Source: Antedon mediterranea (Eukaryota > Animalia > Echinodermata). Taken from it: a stretch of 64,000 nt of DNA. Positions 10,775 through 25,600 of this stretch are shown piece by piece. Position numbers and translations under genes: made by a program. The DNA lies in contig NC_092673.1 in assembly GCF_964355755.1 (NCBI RefSeq), forward strand, positions 30,687,648-30,751,647, written 5' to 3'. A model generated the notes under the pieces. It did no database searches and was not told the origin of the DNA. It saw only the letters and a list, made by a program, of their open reading frames with translations. Positions within the stretch are counted from its first letter, which is position 1. Every line of letters begins with the position of its first letter.

Positions 10775-11860
10775 ATGTCTGGGGACCTGCAATGGATGAT
10801 TGTCCGTAACAATTCTGGAAGTCTTCTAAAAGGACTCAATGGCACCACATTCAGCACAGAGCCAAACAACTTGTTGAACCGAAACTCAAAGAAGTACAAT
10901 GGTTTCGTCAACAGGAAGACAGTTGGCATTGAGGCTGCTAAAGATGGAAAGGGCGTTGTACTGGTTACAAAGAAGCTTAGAGGTGCTCCATTTTATTCTG
11001 TAGTGTTTAATTGGCCTAGCTTGTATGTTTTTGGATCTCTTGGTTACATACCAGTATACCAGATTGACTCCAAAACCAATGGATGTATTGGGCAGTGTAT
11101 CCGCAGCCAAAATTATTGGTTAATTTTTTTACGATTTATCCGATAATTATCCGATTTGAATGAGATAATTATCGGTTAATTTTTCTCGCGTGGAATTGGT
11201 TAAACCCCCTTTCCACAGACAGTTTATCGGTTAATTTTTGGCCTATGATACAAACAATTGGAAATTTTTATATTAATAAAAAATATATAGTTAAAAATTG
11301 CATCACATTTTTAAGATATTAATTGCTGTAATAAATGACAATGAAGTTCACTTATGCAAATGGACACATGTTTGCAACAAACATGTCTTCTATGTCACAT
11401 CACTATATACGTATTCTTTATTTATGTATATTTTGTTTGTTTTATTGCCTCTTCAGTACGCAACAAGCCTTCAAAGTGGTACCGAGAAGTTACATTAAAG
11501 AAGGATTCTCGTCGCGCCCTCACAAGTATCAGGCATGAAATTAAAAAGCATGGTTACAGACGAGACCTTAAAATGGTACGTTCATAAAATAATGACTCAA
11601 TTACCAGGTTCCAAAAGTATTAAAACCATTATTGTGTTGATCCTAATTCTAATTAACTAACACTGTCATAAGATTTTGTATGTTTTTTTGTTTTCCGTAC
11701 ATTGAGAAATTAATAATTTTTCTGTATTATATATTTTAAAACCTCATTTCTCATTTACTATTAACAGGCTGCCCTGAGACGAGCAAGTGCTATTCTCCGC
11801 AGTCAACGACCAGTAAGCACCGGCCGAAAGGCAAAGACGCCCCGTGGAGCCAGAAAGTAA
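10775..11860 (+). CDS. RPL28: 60S ribosomal protein L28 (eL28), 139 aa
   Basis: Exons 10775-10982, 11457-11575, 11768-11860. [49 protein letters not shown]. Confidence 0.96.
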
Positions 11861-13686
11861 AATGTCATATAAATAACAAGATTTGATAAATGGAGTAAAA
11901 CCATGAGTGGAAAAAAATAAAAAGAAAAACTTTTAATTGATTTGTGTTGTTTATTGTTTTCTATCAAAGGGGTAACATTTGCATAAAATATTATCAGAAT
12001 TGAGAAGAGAAATATGAAAAGGTGTAAGATTTCAGATTTGGGTGGTTGGAACTATTTGTGAGCGAATATAAGCTGTTTTCAATGATGAACTTTTAAAATT
12101 TGGCATCACCTTTTTTTTCAATTCAAATTGTCTATATCTTTGTTCACACACACACTGTACTACTGTGGTTGAGTGTGCATAAAATGGGTTTAAGCTACTT
12201 GCACACTTATTCCGTTGCATGAAATGAAAGACTGTGCTATTTTGTTACATAATAAATATAACATTTTAGAGAATTTAATCTATCATCTCTTATCGAAGCT
12301 GATAGTTGCATTGGACATACTGTAGTAATAAGCCATTACAATTTAATTTTAACTTCTATCTCTGTAAATTATACCACACATGTTTAAACGCACAATGGGT
12401 TAAGCCAATTAACTACAACTTTGATAAAATGTGTAGTTTCAAAAATTGGTTTTACCGTACCTACCCTCTTCGATGAACCGTAATTTGTAAATGTCGCCCT
12501 CTTTATTGATTGAACTTTTTGACGATGCTGTTTTTTTCTGCTGACGATTGGATTACACATGATTGAGGAGAAAAACAAAACAATCGACGTGTACTGTGTG
12601 CTGCCCAGTGAAAAGAGACAAAAAGTACGTAAATATTAGGCCTGATGTTAGACTGAATAAGTGCAATAATGACGGCCAAATTGATGTTTTAACATGTGCT
12701 AATTATTGCAAAGATTGTAGTTAACGAGTGAATAACAGGTTAGTAATTATTTGCTTTATTTTTTCGTTTTTTTTTATGTCAGCTAGGCTAGGCCTAGGCT
12801 AGTAGGGCCTAGCTAGGCCTAATGAGTGGTGGTGTTCTAGGCTACCCTCGTGCTGGAAAGATAGGAGACTGGACTATCTTAATAGAAAGTATGCAGTCTG
12901 GTAATGAGTTGTGATGTATCACATGCAATCATTGAATCACAAGGGCATTGCTATTTCCTATGTTTTCAGAATTTGTAAAACTTTTTGTCAACATTTTATT
13001 TCATTTGAATAAATAAACATCTAGTCTACTGTATGTATGATAAAACAGTGTATTTACTAATACTACCCTTAATTAGCCTTCTAATTATATAATTTAATTA
13101 AAAGATTGGACGTATGCCCAGGCCCACAACATACAGTAGGCTCCTACTTAGTTAAAAAATATGAGACAAAATTTTATGAGGGGGACGTGAAAATTTGTTT
13201 TTATTTGGACTAATCTTAAGTAATAAATGTAGAAAAGTTCAATCGTATAATATTTCGTTTTAAATAGAAAATATCATTTAGACAAAAATCATTGATTGTG
13301 AATAGTTGTTTTGAAAGTTTCATCTACCTGTCACAAAGGATTACAGTACCTCAGCCTGGGGAATGACTCACACACCAGGTTGTTTGTTCGAGGTCAGAGG
13401 TAGTTTTTTTACAACTCAATGTGCGATAAACAACGACCAGACTACATGTCATGCTCCTAACCGTTCATTTTGCACATGCATGGATATTGGAATGTGTTTT
13501 GCCCCGTACCTTGATTTACCCAGGTTTTATGGTTTCTAGGTCCAAGCGGCAACCAATGACACATCGATTGACCTGACCTAGGTCGGTCGTCGCAAATGTA
13601 ATGCTCCCACATCTATGAAACCATGATGATACATTGATATTTATATTTTTTTTTTGCAGAGTGTTATTTGAGGTAAATTTGGAGCC

Positions 13687-16600
13687 ATGGGTTTTTTGCA
13701 TCAACTCCGACTACTACTATGGAAGAATTTTGTATTGAAGAAGAGAAGTCCAGTAAGTTGTTAATAATACAATAGTTCAGTTTAGTAAAGCATAAACAAT
13801 GGTCTTCCTTCTTCGATTATTAAGATATTTCCTCTTAATTTAAACCAATTAATGTATTCTGATGAGCACATCATCATCATCATTTCATCAGTGAAAATAA
13901 TGATGGATATTATAGAATATATTAATATATATTTTTTTGTTACTTTTGTAATATAGTCACCCCAATACCAGAGAGTTAACACTACAGCCTAATTAACATA
14001 CTTATCTTTAATCAGGCAACACCTATTGTTGTGTCTCAATGGTGTTTTGATAAATTTGCAATCTACTGTACTATATTGTAATTTAATAATTTAAATATTA
14101 CAAACATAATGGTTAATTACTGTAGAGTTATTATGGTACAGTATTAAAGGGGGATTCTGGGTTTAAAATTGCTTTTAAATATCGTTTATTTATTAAATAA
14201 AAAATATAACAATTTATAGACATGTCAGAATGAAGAAGTAATAACGAGAAATTAAAAAAATTAAATTTCATATACATTTGAGGGTAAATTCATGGAAAGT
14301 CTGTTTTTCAGAAGCTTAGGGAAGCTCATTAATTCATGAGACATTTACAAAATCACGTCATCAGTGGATTCCAAACTCGCGACGTCAAGCTTGTACGTTG
14401 TGTTCTCTCTCCTCTGTCAAACGACGACCACCCGATCATTGTGAAATACATTTTTTGTAGATTTTCTAAGCTAGGCCTAAAGTGTAATAATAACAGTAGT
14501 AGCATATATTTATTTGACATTTAATGAAATACAAAATTTAGTACAGATTACGGAGTCATAAATAAATTATATTATTTTTATACCTCGAATAGTACAGATC
14601 GTCTATCGGCTTCACGTACTAGGCTAGGCCTAGCCTAAATCATTTTATTCATGGGTAAGAGCCATTTCTGACTAGGGATTCCATGCCACGATGGCTACGT
14701 TAAAACATTGGGGCCATCATGGGCCTAGCTAGCCTATTACTAAACGATTGGCCCATACATAACAAAACTCAGTGGATTCCAAACCCATCCTATCAACCAA
14801 ACTCCTAAACAATCTAAACCTAAAACGTTCTACAAAAATCGGCTGTAAATATTGAGGCAAAACAAGGTCGGATCGCCTAGTTTACTCTCCAAAAAAGCGG
14901 ATACTGCATCAAGCAAGTAGACCGGTAGTAGGAAGGAGACCTAGCTGATCCGGCCCAGTTAAAAATTGAGCTAGCTAGTGTAGTAGTAGACCCTATGCGA
15001 ATTGATACTACCAGGCCTTTTACTATAGGCTACACTTGTTAAAAATAGCAATACTTATGTTTACAAATATTTCAACTCTCTCATTCGAGCTAATACCATT
15101 CCGGTAGGTCGAGTCGACCTTCAATCAAATACTGTACATCGTTCATGTTGTGATTATAGACGGGGTATACTCGACCCGACCAGTTTGGTATTGTATACTG
15201 TATCTGCTTATCACGTGACGATGCCAAGCATGCAGAGAGAGCACGTGTATCGTCGTCTCGCTCTCCTCGCTCAGCAGGAATGTATACGTTACGCTTCATT
15301 GATTATGAAGGCTTTCCCTAAGTCAGTGCAAAAATCGGCAAACGTAAAGTGCAAACATATCTAATTTTTCACTGTTTTGATGGATTTTCATAGAAAATTG
15401 ACTTTATAAATGGGAAGACCGACTAAAATTACATCAGATAAGTATAATTTTACAAAAGTAATTGATGGTTAATGATAACGAGTCGTCGGAAGATTGACCA
15501 TTTCACGAATTTCCTATTCTGTAACCACAGTGTGATTTTGCCGTAGCTGCACTTGTAATTTGGCCTCATTTCACAGCCTTCGTTCTACTTCACTGGGCGT
15601 TTATATAAATTGAAACTTTTACCGTTCAAGAGACAAACAAATATATTTTACATTTTTTACTATTCATTTTAAACCCGGAACCCCCCTTTAACAAATTATT
15701 ATACTGTACTAAAGCTCTGACTAATATCAAACTCAAATATGTGACAAAACAATGTGACGTGCCCATATGGACATGATGATGTCATAAAACTACCATATTA
15801 TATTACAGTAATATTTTTTAGTTTTTATATCTTTGTTAATTTTTTATTTTGTATTTACTGTTTGTATTGTTTGAGGGTCCCTAATGATCAGCTTATGCTG
15901 GATTGATCACCCTCATAAATATTGTTCAAATAAAATAAGTAAATAAAAAAATCACTACCATATTTGGGCACATCACACTTTTTTTTTGTCAAACTAGTTT
16001 GATAGTGTAGAAAGAGCTTTCAGTTTTTTTTTATCACACATTTTTCTAGTAGATCATAATATTTTCTATTTTCAGCAGAATGATGACAGTAAATTTCATT
16101 GGTATATGATTTACTTTGATGTACAACACATAGTACAGACTATTGTCTTGAAATAAAGTCTCTGACAATTCAGATTACAATACTAGGCCATCTGTTTGCC
16201 CATCACTGGATGTTATTTCATGGTCAAATTTTATTTAATTAGTAGTATTGTTTTTCGTTTTCCTTGTCTTATTTTGTTCTAACTTTATCCATGAATTAAT
16301 TAACAAATAAAAAAGAATTTGAAATAATATGTCCTAGTTACAGTATATTCCCACCCTCTACATGTTTTAATTGTTAAAGGTGTATCGAACAAAAATGATA
16401 AATAAAGGATAATAAAAAAATGACTTGAATATGCCATTTCACAGTTTTAATAAAGCTAATCACTCCCGTAGCCGTAGGAGAAAAAAAAACTTAAAAAATA
16501 ATGTTTTCACTTATAAAACGACAGAATGACTGTTAAATTCAACCAAAAACCATTGATTTCCAGTCAATTTGGCAATGTTTTTCTTTAAATTACATTTTTT

Positions 16601-19600
16601 TGGGTAAATGATTTTTGAGATTTATCACATTTTTTCGTCAAAGTAAAAACTATCATTTGACATTAAAATGGTATACTGTATATTTCAAACAAATTATTTT
16701 TTTTCAGAGGGAAAATATCTTTTATTTATTGATGATGTAATCCCACCGAACCATACTTTTTGCTAAATTTCTCAGTTTTTTTAATGCTAAATACATTTCT
16801 CATTTAATCTTTCTATATTATGTTGAATTAAACCATAAAGGAATCATTATCTTCATGTTAAGCGTTAAGTATACATAATATTTTAAAATTGTTTAATATG
16901 TAAACATTCAAATTATTTGATAAACAAAGTTGATAAGTCGTTGTTTACTCCTCAAACAATCTGCTTTCTTAGTAAATAAACCAACTGAACCATTAAAATG
17001 TTTGACCATTATGTTAAAATATTGCATGTTGCTTGTTTTAATAAAAAGTGTCCTTTTTTTATAGGGGTGTCCATTAAAGTTTTTGACCATAAGGTTAAAA
17101 TATTGCATGTTGCTTGTTTTAATAAAAGTGTCCCTTTTTTATAGGGGTGTCCATTAAAGTTTTTGACCATAAGGTTAAAATATTTCATGTTGCTTGTTTA
17201 AAAAAAAAAGTGTCCCTTTTTTATAGGGGTGTCCATTAAAGTGTTTGACCATAAGGTTAAAATATTGCATGTTGCTTGTTTTAAAAAAAAGTGTCCCTTT
17301 TTTATAGGGGTGTCCATTAAAGTGTTTGACCATAATGTTAAAATATTGCATGTTGCTTGTTTTAAAAGAAAGTGTCCCTTTTTTATAGGGGTGTCCATTA
17401 AAGTGTTTGACCATAAGGTTAAAATATTGCATGTTGCTTGTTTTAAAAAAAAGTGTCCCTTTTTTATAGGGGTGTCCATTAAAGTGTTTGACCATAATGT
17501 TAAAATATTGCATGTTGCTTGTTTTAAAAGAAAGTGTCCCTTTTTTATAGGGGTGTCCATTAAAGTGTTTGACCATAAGGTTAAAATATTGCATGTTGCT
17601 TTTTCAAGAGAAAGTGTCCCTTTTATAGGGATGTCCCCCAAAGTGTTGACCATAAGGTTCAAATATTGCATGTTGCTTTTTCAAGAGAAAGTGTCGCTTT
17701 TATAGGGATGTCCCCCAAAGTGTTGACCATAAGGTTAAAATATTGCCTGTTGCTTGTTTCACCATAAAATGTCTGCTTAATACTGTAGTGGGGCGTCCCC
17801 TGAATAGGAGTTGGCCGTAGGGTAAAGCATTGTGTGTGTATAAACTCTATATTTTCAGAATTCGAATAAGGATTGAACTACAGTATACAGTAGTTACCAT
17901 GTAGAAACATACTTAATGTAATGGTCATCATAGTGTAGGTCTGAAGCATGTCAATAAAATACAATTTAATATAATACACAATTCAATAAAATTTACAATA
18001 AAATACGAAATTACAATACAATAAAATATAATACAATTACCATAATAATGTATAATACAATGGCAATAATAAATATCAATATAAAAGGTATACTATATAA
18101 CTTTTCTGTAATATGGTAAATGCTTATGATAGCTACAGTAGCTGATTAATAGTGATACTGTACTTTGTTTTCTTTTCTACTCTACATCACTCTCAATATG
18201 AGTGAGACGTTCTTCTCCATGTAGAGTTACTCAAATCTAGCACTAGTCCAGTTGTTGATTAGAAGTACAAACAAACAAAAACATATAAATAAACACTATT
18301 AATTATCATGAATTTTATTGTCGGTTTTGAAATAATTGTTGTCAGGTAGCCATTTAATAGCAAATGTTAATACCATTAATTATTGTATACGCATTTTGTG
18401 CTTTTTAACATGTGTTTTACTATATTTTTGGACTGTTATTTTATGGAAGTCAGAGTTGAAGGGTTAACGCCATTTCTGGTGATAGTGGGTTTTCCGCGTT
18501 TGATTGACCCTCCTCAGCAGTCCACTTCTTTTGTGTTGTCTGCTTGTTCTTGTTTTCTGAAAGGAATACATAGAAAAAAAAATAAATGGAAATAAAATAA
18601 AAGGTTTGAATCCATCTGAAAACAATTTTTATGTAAAAAAACAGAATAATTAAAATATAATAAAAGCAAAATTGTATTATGTGATATCATCTTTCTCAGA
18701 CAACAGAATAGCAAAAATAAAACATCATATACCTGGTGAAAACAACAATGGAACGTAATGATTATGTAACAGTTACCATAGTGCTTGACATCTCAACAAC
18801 AATGCCTTTGATTAATAATTGCCTATTGTTACCAATGCTCTGTTTACATAGCTTAATCAGTTAACTATTAATTATTACCATGCAGCATTATTGAACAATC
18901 AATTATTGAGAAGAAGCCCTTTAGGGTAATGCAGTCAATTCTCCCAAAACCAGACCCTCTAAAAACCTGAAGCTCTCCCAATACCAATTATTCCCAAATT
19001 AATTTTTACCATTAGAAACAAATTCCGAATACAAGACTTTCCAGAAAACCAGAAATATTTGACCAGCACAGGTGTTCGGTATTGAGAAAAGTTGACTGTA
19101 TATTCTTCATAAAAGGACACACTAATTTTCTACAAAAAAAACTTTTTTAATATTTGATAATTGATTTATAAAAGTTACATCATCTGTACGGTATTCACAA
19201 TGTTGGATAATTCTGACTTCTCAACTACTGTATCCTTTAAAATCGCAGGAATTTGTTACAATTGTCTGCCTTTTGTTGAATGTTGTGATTTAACTTGTTT
19301 AACTGATCAAACAAAAATTTGTTTAAAATGAAATCCTAAATTAAGAAATGTATGTTTATATTGCTATAATCCAAAACTGTAAGCTAACTGTAAGCTAAAC
19401 TGTAAGCTAAACTGTAAGCTAACTGTAAGCTAACTGTAAGCTAACTGTAAGCTAAACTGTAAGCTAACTGTAAGCTAACTGTAAGCTAACTGTAAGCTAA
19501 ACTGTAAGCTAAACTGTAAGCTAAACTGTAAGCTAACTGTAAGCTAAACTGTAAGCTAAACTGTAAGCTAACTGTAAGCTAAACTGTAAGCTAAACTGTA

Positions 19601-22600
19601 AGCTAAACTGTAAGCTAACTGTAAGCTAACTGTAAGCTAAACTGTAAGCTAAACTGTAAGCTAAACTGTAAGCTAAACTGTAAGCTAAACTGTAAGCTAA
19701 ACTGTAAGCTAAACTGTAAGCTAAACTGTAAGCTAAACTGTAAGCTAACTGTAAGCTAAACTGTAAGCTAAACTGTAAGCTAAACTGTAAGCTAAACTGT
19801 AAGCTAAACTGTAAGCTAAACTGTAAGCTAAACTGTAAGCTAAACTGTAAGCTAAACTGTAAGCTAAACTGTAAGCTAACTGTACGCTAACTGTAAGCTA
19901 AACTGTAAGCTAAACTGTAAGCTAAACTGTAAGCTAAACTGTAAGCTAAACTGTAAGCTAAACTGTAAGCTAAACTGTAAGCTAAACTGTAAGCTAAACT
20001 GTAAGCTAACTGTAAGCTAACTGTAAGCTAAACTGTAAGCTAAACTGTAAGCTAACTGTAAGCTAAACTGTAAGCTAAACTGTAAGCTAAACTGTAAGCT
20101 AAACTGTAAGCTAAACTGTAAGCTAAACTGTAAGCTAAACTGTAAGCTAAACTGTAAGCTAAACTGTAAGCTAAACTGTAAGCTAAACTGTAAGCTAACT
20201 GTAAGCTAAACTGTAAGCTAAACTGTAAGCTAAACTGTAAGCTCCATGCTGTAGACGGAGTGTGAATTGAAAGACCTGAACTGGACTAAATTGTTAAATG
20301 GAGTCATAAATCAATAACCAAAACATTCATTGTTTTTCTGTTTCGCATCATGAGTATTGTGCAATAAAAAATTGCGAAATGATTTAGACTTTATACATTA
20401 TGTGTTTTTAACAATTATCATACCATCATAAATTTGAACTTTTTATGTAATTACTTTGTAACTGGAGTTTCCTGCCAAGAGTAAATTGATCATAAAATGT
20501 GTAGTTTCCTTCCTGTTAAGATAAATTTAAAGTACTGTAGAGTTTGGTATAAAGTATGTTTTCTTATTGCCTGTTCAGACCAGAGTTTTCTTTCATTGTT
20601 TGTATGCAACATACATAGGTCTCTGAACCAGAAATGTTTTAAAACTCTTGTTCACACCATGGAGGTAACCAACATGCCTTAACAATGCAATTCAAACATA
20701 CAAGCATACAGTTTGAGTGAAAACCATGGTAAAACTAAAGCTTGATTCCCACTAGGACGCAACGCAAGAACTAAGCGCAACTCAAGTGAAGAAAATTTGT
20801 CCATAAATTTCCGGATAACATCTCTTTGTTAAACTCCAGGTTGGCACTTCTGTTTCATTTGACCAAAATGCAATCTTCTCATTGCCGACAGAAGTCTGTG
20901 ACTTGCAGACACCAGTTCTCTACCACTGGCAGCCAGAAGTCTACCTATCATTGGCTGCCAGTTGATAAATTATTAACTGTTTCTAATGTACCGTATAATA
21001 GTATTGTACATAGGAATATTTTATTTGGTTATATTAATCAAACAGCAGTGGGTTACTGAACTTTACAGATTTCATAAACAGTTGAAACTGTATTTTTTAT
21101 TTGAATTATTTATATTATTTATTTTTTTCCCATAAATTTCTCATTTTCACAGCATTTCTTTCTTTTTTTTCGAAGTGCTTATAAGTAAAAACTCGCTTAT
21201 TATACCTTATACCATTATACCAAACCAGTTCTTCTTAATGAAAACTGACTTCACAAAATCATTGTTTTTTAAAGAACAAAGATGATTTGTTTTGATAAAT
21301 TTGTTAGAAAGAACTTAGCTATTGAACAAATATTAGAGTTTTCAATTAACCCTATAGTTTTGACAACTTTTTTTCAAATTAGGATTTATCACCACTAAAT
21401 AACCTCTGCTAAAATCTGTATTTCAATGTTATTTTGAATGTAAATATTTTAGACCACTTTAATCGCAATATTCAAAGCACTTCACATTATTAACTCACTC
21501 ATTGGATCAAACACGTATGGACACTCCCATAATGTTGCAGTCAATAAGCGCAATTGTGTTTAAACAATACCACCAGGTACCCAATTGTACACTTACCAGC
21601 TTATTATATGAACACACAAGTATGCTGTGTCGCATGATGATCATGCCATCATTGTCATTGGTCTGTGATGTGTGTCATAACATATTGATTATCAATTACG
21701 TAAACCAAGTCTATAATTTACATATTTTAAATCATATTTGTAGTTAATAAATTGAAATATGTTCTATACTCCCCTGTCATAATAATTATTTAGTTGCACA
21801 GGGCGGATTAACAGAGATAAGCTTGAGTAATTAGTTTAACTCTGAACTGAATACATTCGCCTTTGGTATCTCTAATGTAAATCAGGGCTGCTCTTATTTT
21901 ACAAATTGTTATGCCTGAAAATGTAATTCAATTATGTTTTTAATTCAATAAAATTGAATTCTAAAGTAAAGTGAATGAATGAATACATTTGATTGTCAAG
22001 AAATGGGTTAAAATCTCATTTCTTACGTTGCTGAAATTGAGAATTCAAAATTTAATACAATTTTACATCATATGTTGATAATCGGCATTCCAGCATTGTT
22101 AAATTGTGACTCTATGGACTGCGAGTGTGTGTGAAGTATGGCAATCAACTATCCATGGACTTCAATTAATTTTGTCTATCCTTCCTGTACATACTTTTCA
22201 AGTATAAATTCTCATAAGCTTTAGGCTGCAATACACATCTCATAGCACCTACAGTACACACACAGACCAATAAAAAGGGTCTTGTGTTCGTGAAGACAAT
22301 AAAACAACCTTTCGTTTTGGGACAGTAGACAGAGAATGAACATTGAATCAACAAATGGTTTAGTGGTTATGATGTCCAAGCTACCAATCCAATGGTCCTG
22401 GGTTCAAGTCCTGTCATGTCAGGAATTTTTCTAATGACAAATTACAACCCCACTCACAAATAATTGTAAGAAGACTTTGTTTATATATAGAGAATCTTGT
22501 GTATGTTTGTCTTGTGATCAGGATTGCCACCTTTAAGAAAGATAGTGAATGAATTCGCCTAATGGTTATACTTGGTAATTTGCCTAAATATTAAAAGAAA

Positions 22601-25600
22601 AAAAAGGAAAAAAATATTGATCCCATGAGGCTTGTTCAAGCTTAGTTATTCACTCCGGTAAGTCCATGAACTACCCACCAAAGTTAGCGATATCTTGTCC
22701 ATGAAGCTAACTTTACCCGGGTAAACTAAAAAACCAAAACAGGCCTACACACATGCAGAGATTAGTCTGTAGAATTACTGTTTTATTCATCTACCGTCCT
22801 GAAGCGAAATTTAAGGAACATAGTGGGCCTTTTTACTTTCAGAACCTCTACTGTATACCACATGCTTCTTTACTAACCAGTGCCTTGATAGATATAGCAT
22901 CCAATTCCTACAATTACAATAGTGTACTAGTAACCCTAACCTATACCAAAATGTTGCATCACTTTCAATTTCATATGACCAATTTAATACCTTTAGCTAG
23001 GTAGTACTAAGTTGTTTTTAGAGTTGAATGGACTGTTAACATCTACCACAGATAAAAAATGCAAATTGTAACTTGCAATATAAAATGATATTTCTTTCAA
23101 ACATTAATCTGCTCCCTAATAGTAATATACAGAATTTACTTATTTTTCTTGCTATGTAGAGTAGCAGTACAAAAACCATTGTTTTGTTATACTAATCAAG
23201 TATTGATTTTTAATGCTATTTCAGCTCCCCTTTATTTTTTCAATTTTATTATTGATTTTAACAACAATCGTTTTCTTTCATTTATTTTAGATGGTTGTTT
23301 TGTTTGAGCTTACAATTCCTATGGTTCTATTCTTTATTCTGCTTTGTATTCGTGCCAGAAATCCCTCCGAGCCAAGAAAGCAACGTAAGTATAGCTATTA
23401 ATAACAGGAGTACATCTCCTTTGGAACAAAGCTCCGTTTACACTCAGTCTACAAATCAAAACATATTTTAAGTGGTACTTCAGCCATAAAACCTGCTTTT
23501 ATCCACTTTACTGGCTATTGAGTAACTCCGTGCAAATCAGCAATTGGATTGAAGATACCCTTGATCTTGAATAAATATGTATTCTAATATAGTAGAGCCC
23601 CTTCTTTAGGGCACCCCTATTTAGAGGACACTGTTAAGGGGGAACTTTGTTGGGAACCAAAGTTATCCCCATAGGCTTTCTACAGTATTTCATATTATAC
23701 ATAATATACAGCCATACAAAAAAGCACTTTTTACAATACTCTGTAGTATTTACCTAATTGACTACCCACATCAACTTAACTTTTGATATTGCAAAAGTTT
23801 CACTATGAAAGAAAGGGCTTACCTGTTTTTCAAGTGTGTACATATTTTCCATTTATTGCACACATTAATAATTCTTAAGCCTTTATACTTGAGTTGACAG
23901 AATCACTTAATCAGGTTATAACCCTCTCTGAATCTATTTCAATGATAATGAGGTCTACACTGTATGTATGTAGGTCAAGTGATTTAGATAAATGTACAAG
24001 GTCATAGACGATTTTAGTTATCTGTTAGATTTTGAATAAATTAGATAATATATTCAGCATTACAGGTGGTTTACCCAGTCAACTGTTCAGTGTAGTTGTG
24101 GCTTGGTGGTTATGATGCTTGTTTATCACTCCAAGGGTCCTGGGTTCAAGTCCCGTCACATGTCAGGATTTTTTTCTAAGGACCAAATTACTCCACTCCC
24201 AAAGACTTGTAATAAGACTTAAGTAGAGCATCTTGTATATGTTTGTCTTGTGAACCTCTGAGGGTCCCTAATGATCAGCAATAGCTGGATGGATCACCCT
24301 CATTAAATATGGTAAAAAAAAAAGAAAAAAAAAAAGTAACTTGTACCCCGACATAACCAGCCAGGTACTAAGGTACCCATGTACAGTACAAGTTCTCAGA
24401 TAGATTGTGCATACATTAGACAATGTATTCAGGATTACAGGTGGTTTACCAAGACACCTGTACTTGTTTTCAGACTAGACTATACTTTCCAATCATCCAG
24501 GTACTTAGAATAGATACTCTCAATAACCTCTAATGCAAGTTATTAATAGTTGATTTATTTTTCGAAAATTGTGCAGTGAAATCAAATACGTTTTATTCTT
24601 ATCTACTGCAGTATAGTTTGCTAAATTAAACAATTATTATTTTTCTCAAGTTAATATTTAAGGAATGTTGAAGGTCAGAGGATTTGTTTTTTAAATAGCT
24701 TTAAATAAATTAATTGACTGAGAGTTTACACCTTTCTGCTGATCAGCAAAATCAACAGCTGAATGAGTGTACAGTATAAATCCACCATTTCATAGGCCTT
24801 ATAAAAATACAAGGCCTTCTTAATACTGTATGTTGTACAAATTATAGACTGACATACAGTATTTATACTGACATATTTTGCAAAATACAGTACTTCATTT
24901 TATAAGCAAACACTTTTAATACATTTTAATGTTTCCGTATACGGTACAGTAAGCTACTTATTTTAGGAAAAGCGTACTGTTGTAGTAGTAGTGTTAAAAT
25001 AGTTTTAATGATTTTAGCAGTCAATATGGAGTGTGTGACCCAAGTGCTATCCCCCGTCCCTAGTTATTATGGATAAGATTAGTTTGGGGGCTGGTGCTAC
25101 TGGAGAACATAACCTGTAATTTCAAGTTGTTAGTACTGTTTATGTTGTTTTGTTTATCAATTATAAAAGTTGTGCAAAATAATATTTAATTGCATGTAGA
25201 CTAGTTCTGCTGGTTGCACTTTGGTCTCTGCTTCTCTTATTTGGTTAAATGATAATTTATTTATTTATTTTTTTTTTTATGTAGGCAATACAAATGTTAA
25301 AGATGGTAATTATATTGGTAGATTATGTCGTCATATAATTCATTTTTTTTAGATATTTTCAACTGTAGCCTTACAATTTAAATGTACTTTGAAAGATATT
25401 ATATATCAATTTTATTATATTGTGTTTTTAAGTATATTTTATTTAATCAACCAACCTGTAATTGGTGCCTTGTACTGTTGGTTGTAAGAATAAAGATTAG
25501 ATTGATTTTGTATAATTTCATACAACTATTAAATATTATTTACAATTTTGCAATTAACATGTTGGTCAATATTATTATGGTTACTACTGTACATTCTATT

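Noticed and set aside
11298-11403. Possible H/ACA snoRNA in RPL28 intron 2 (hairpin ending TGTC-ACA-TCA)
   Set aside because: The internal loop is one-sided and the 5' hairpin is weak; this cannot be supported without snoRNA-specific scoring.
17175-17705. Periodic ORFs of 139-158 aa in three frames
   Set aside because: They arise from the 81-bp minisatellite (a multiple of 3) in an ABCA2 intron.
19374-20243. Possible CRISPR or telomeric array
   Set aside because: There are no unique spacers, the context is eukaryotic, and the unit is not TTAGGG-like.
22355-22415. tRNA gene
   Set aside because: A and B boxes are present but there is no cloverleaf, and the sequence continues into a SINE body. 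The same applies at 24090, 26930, 36680 and 38275.
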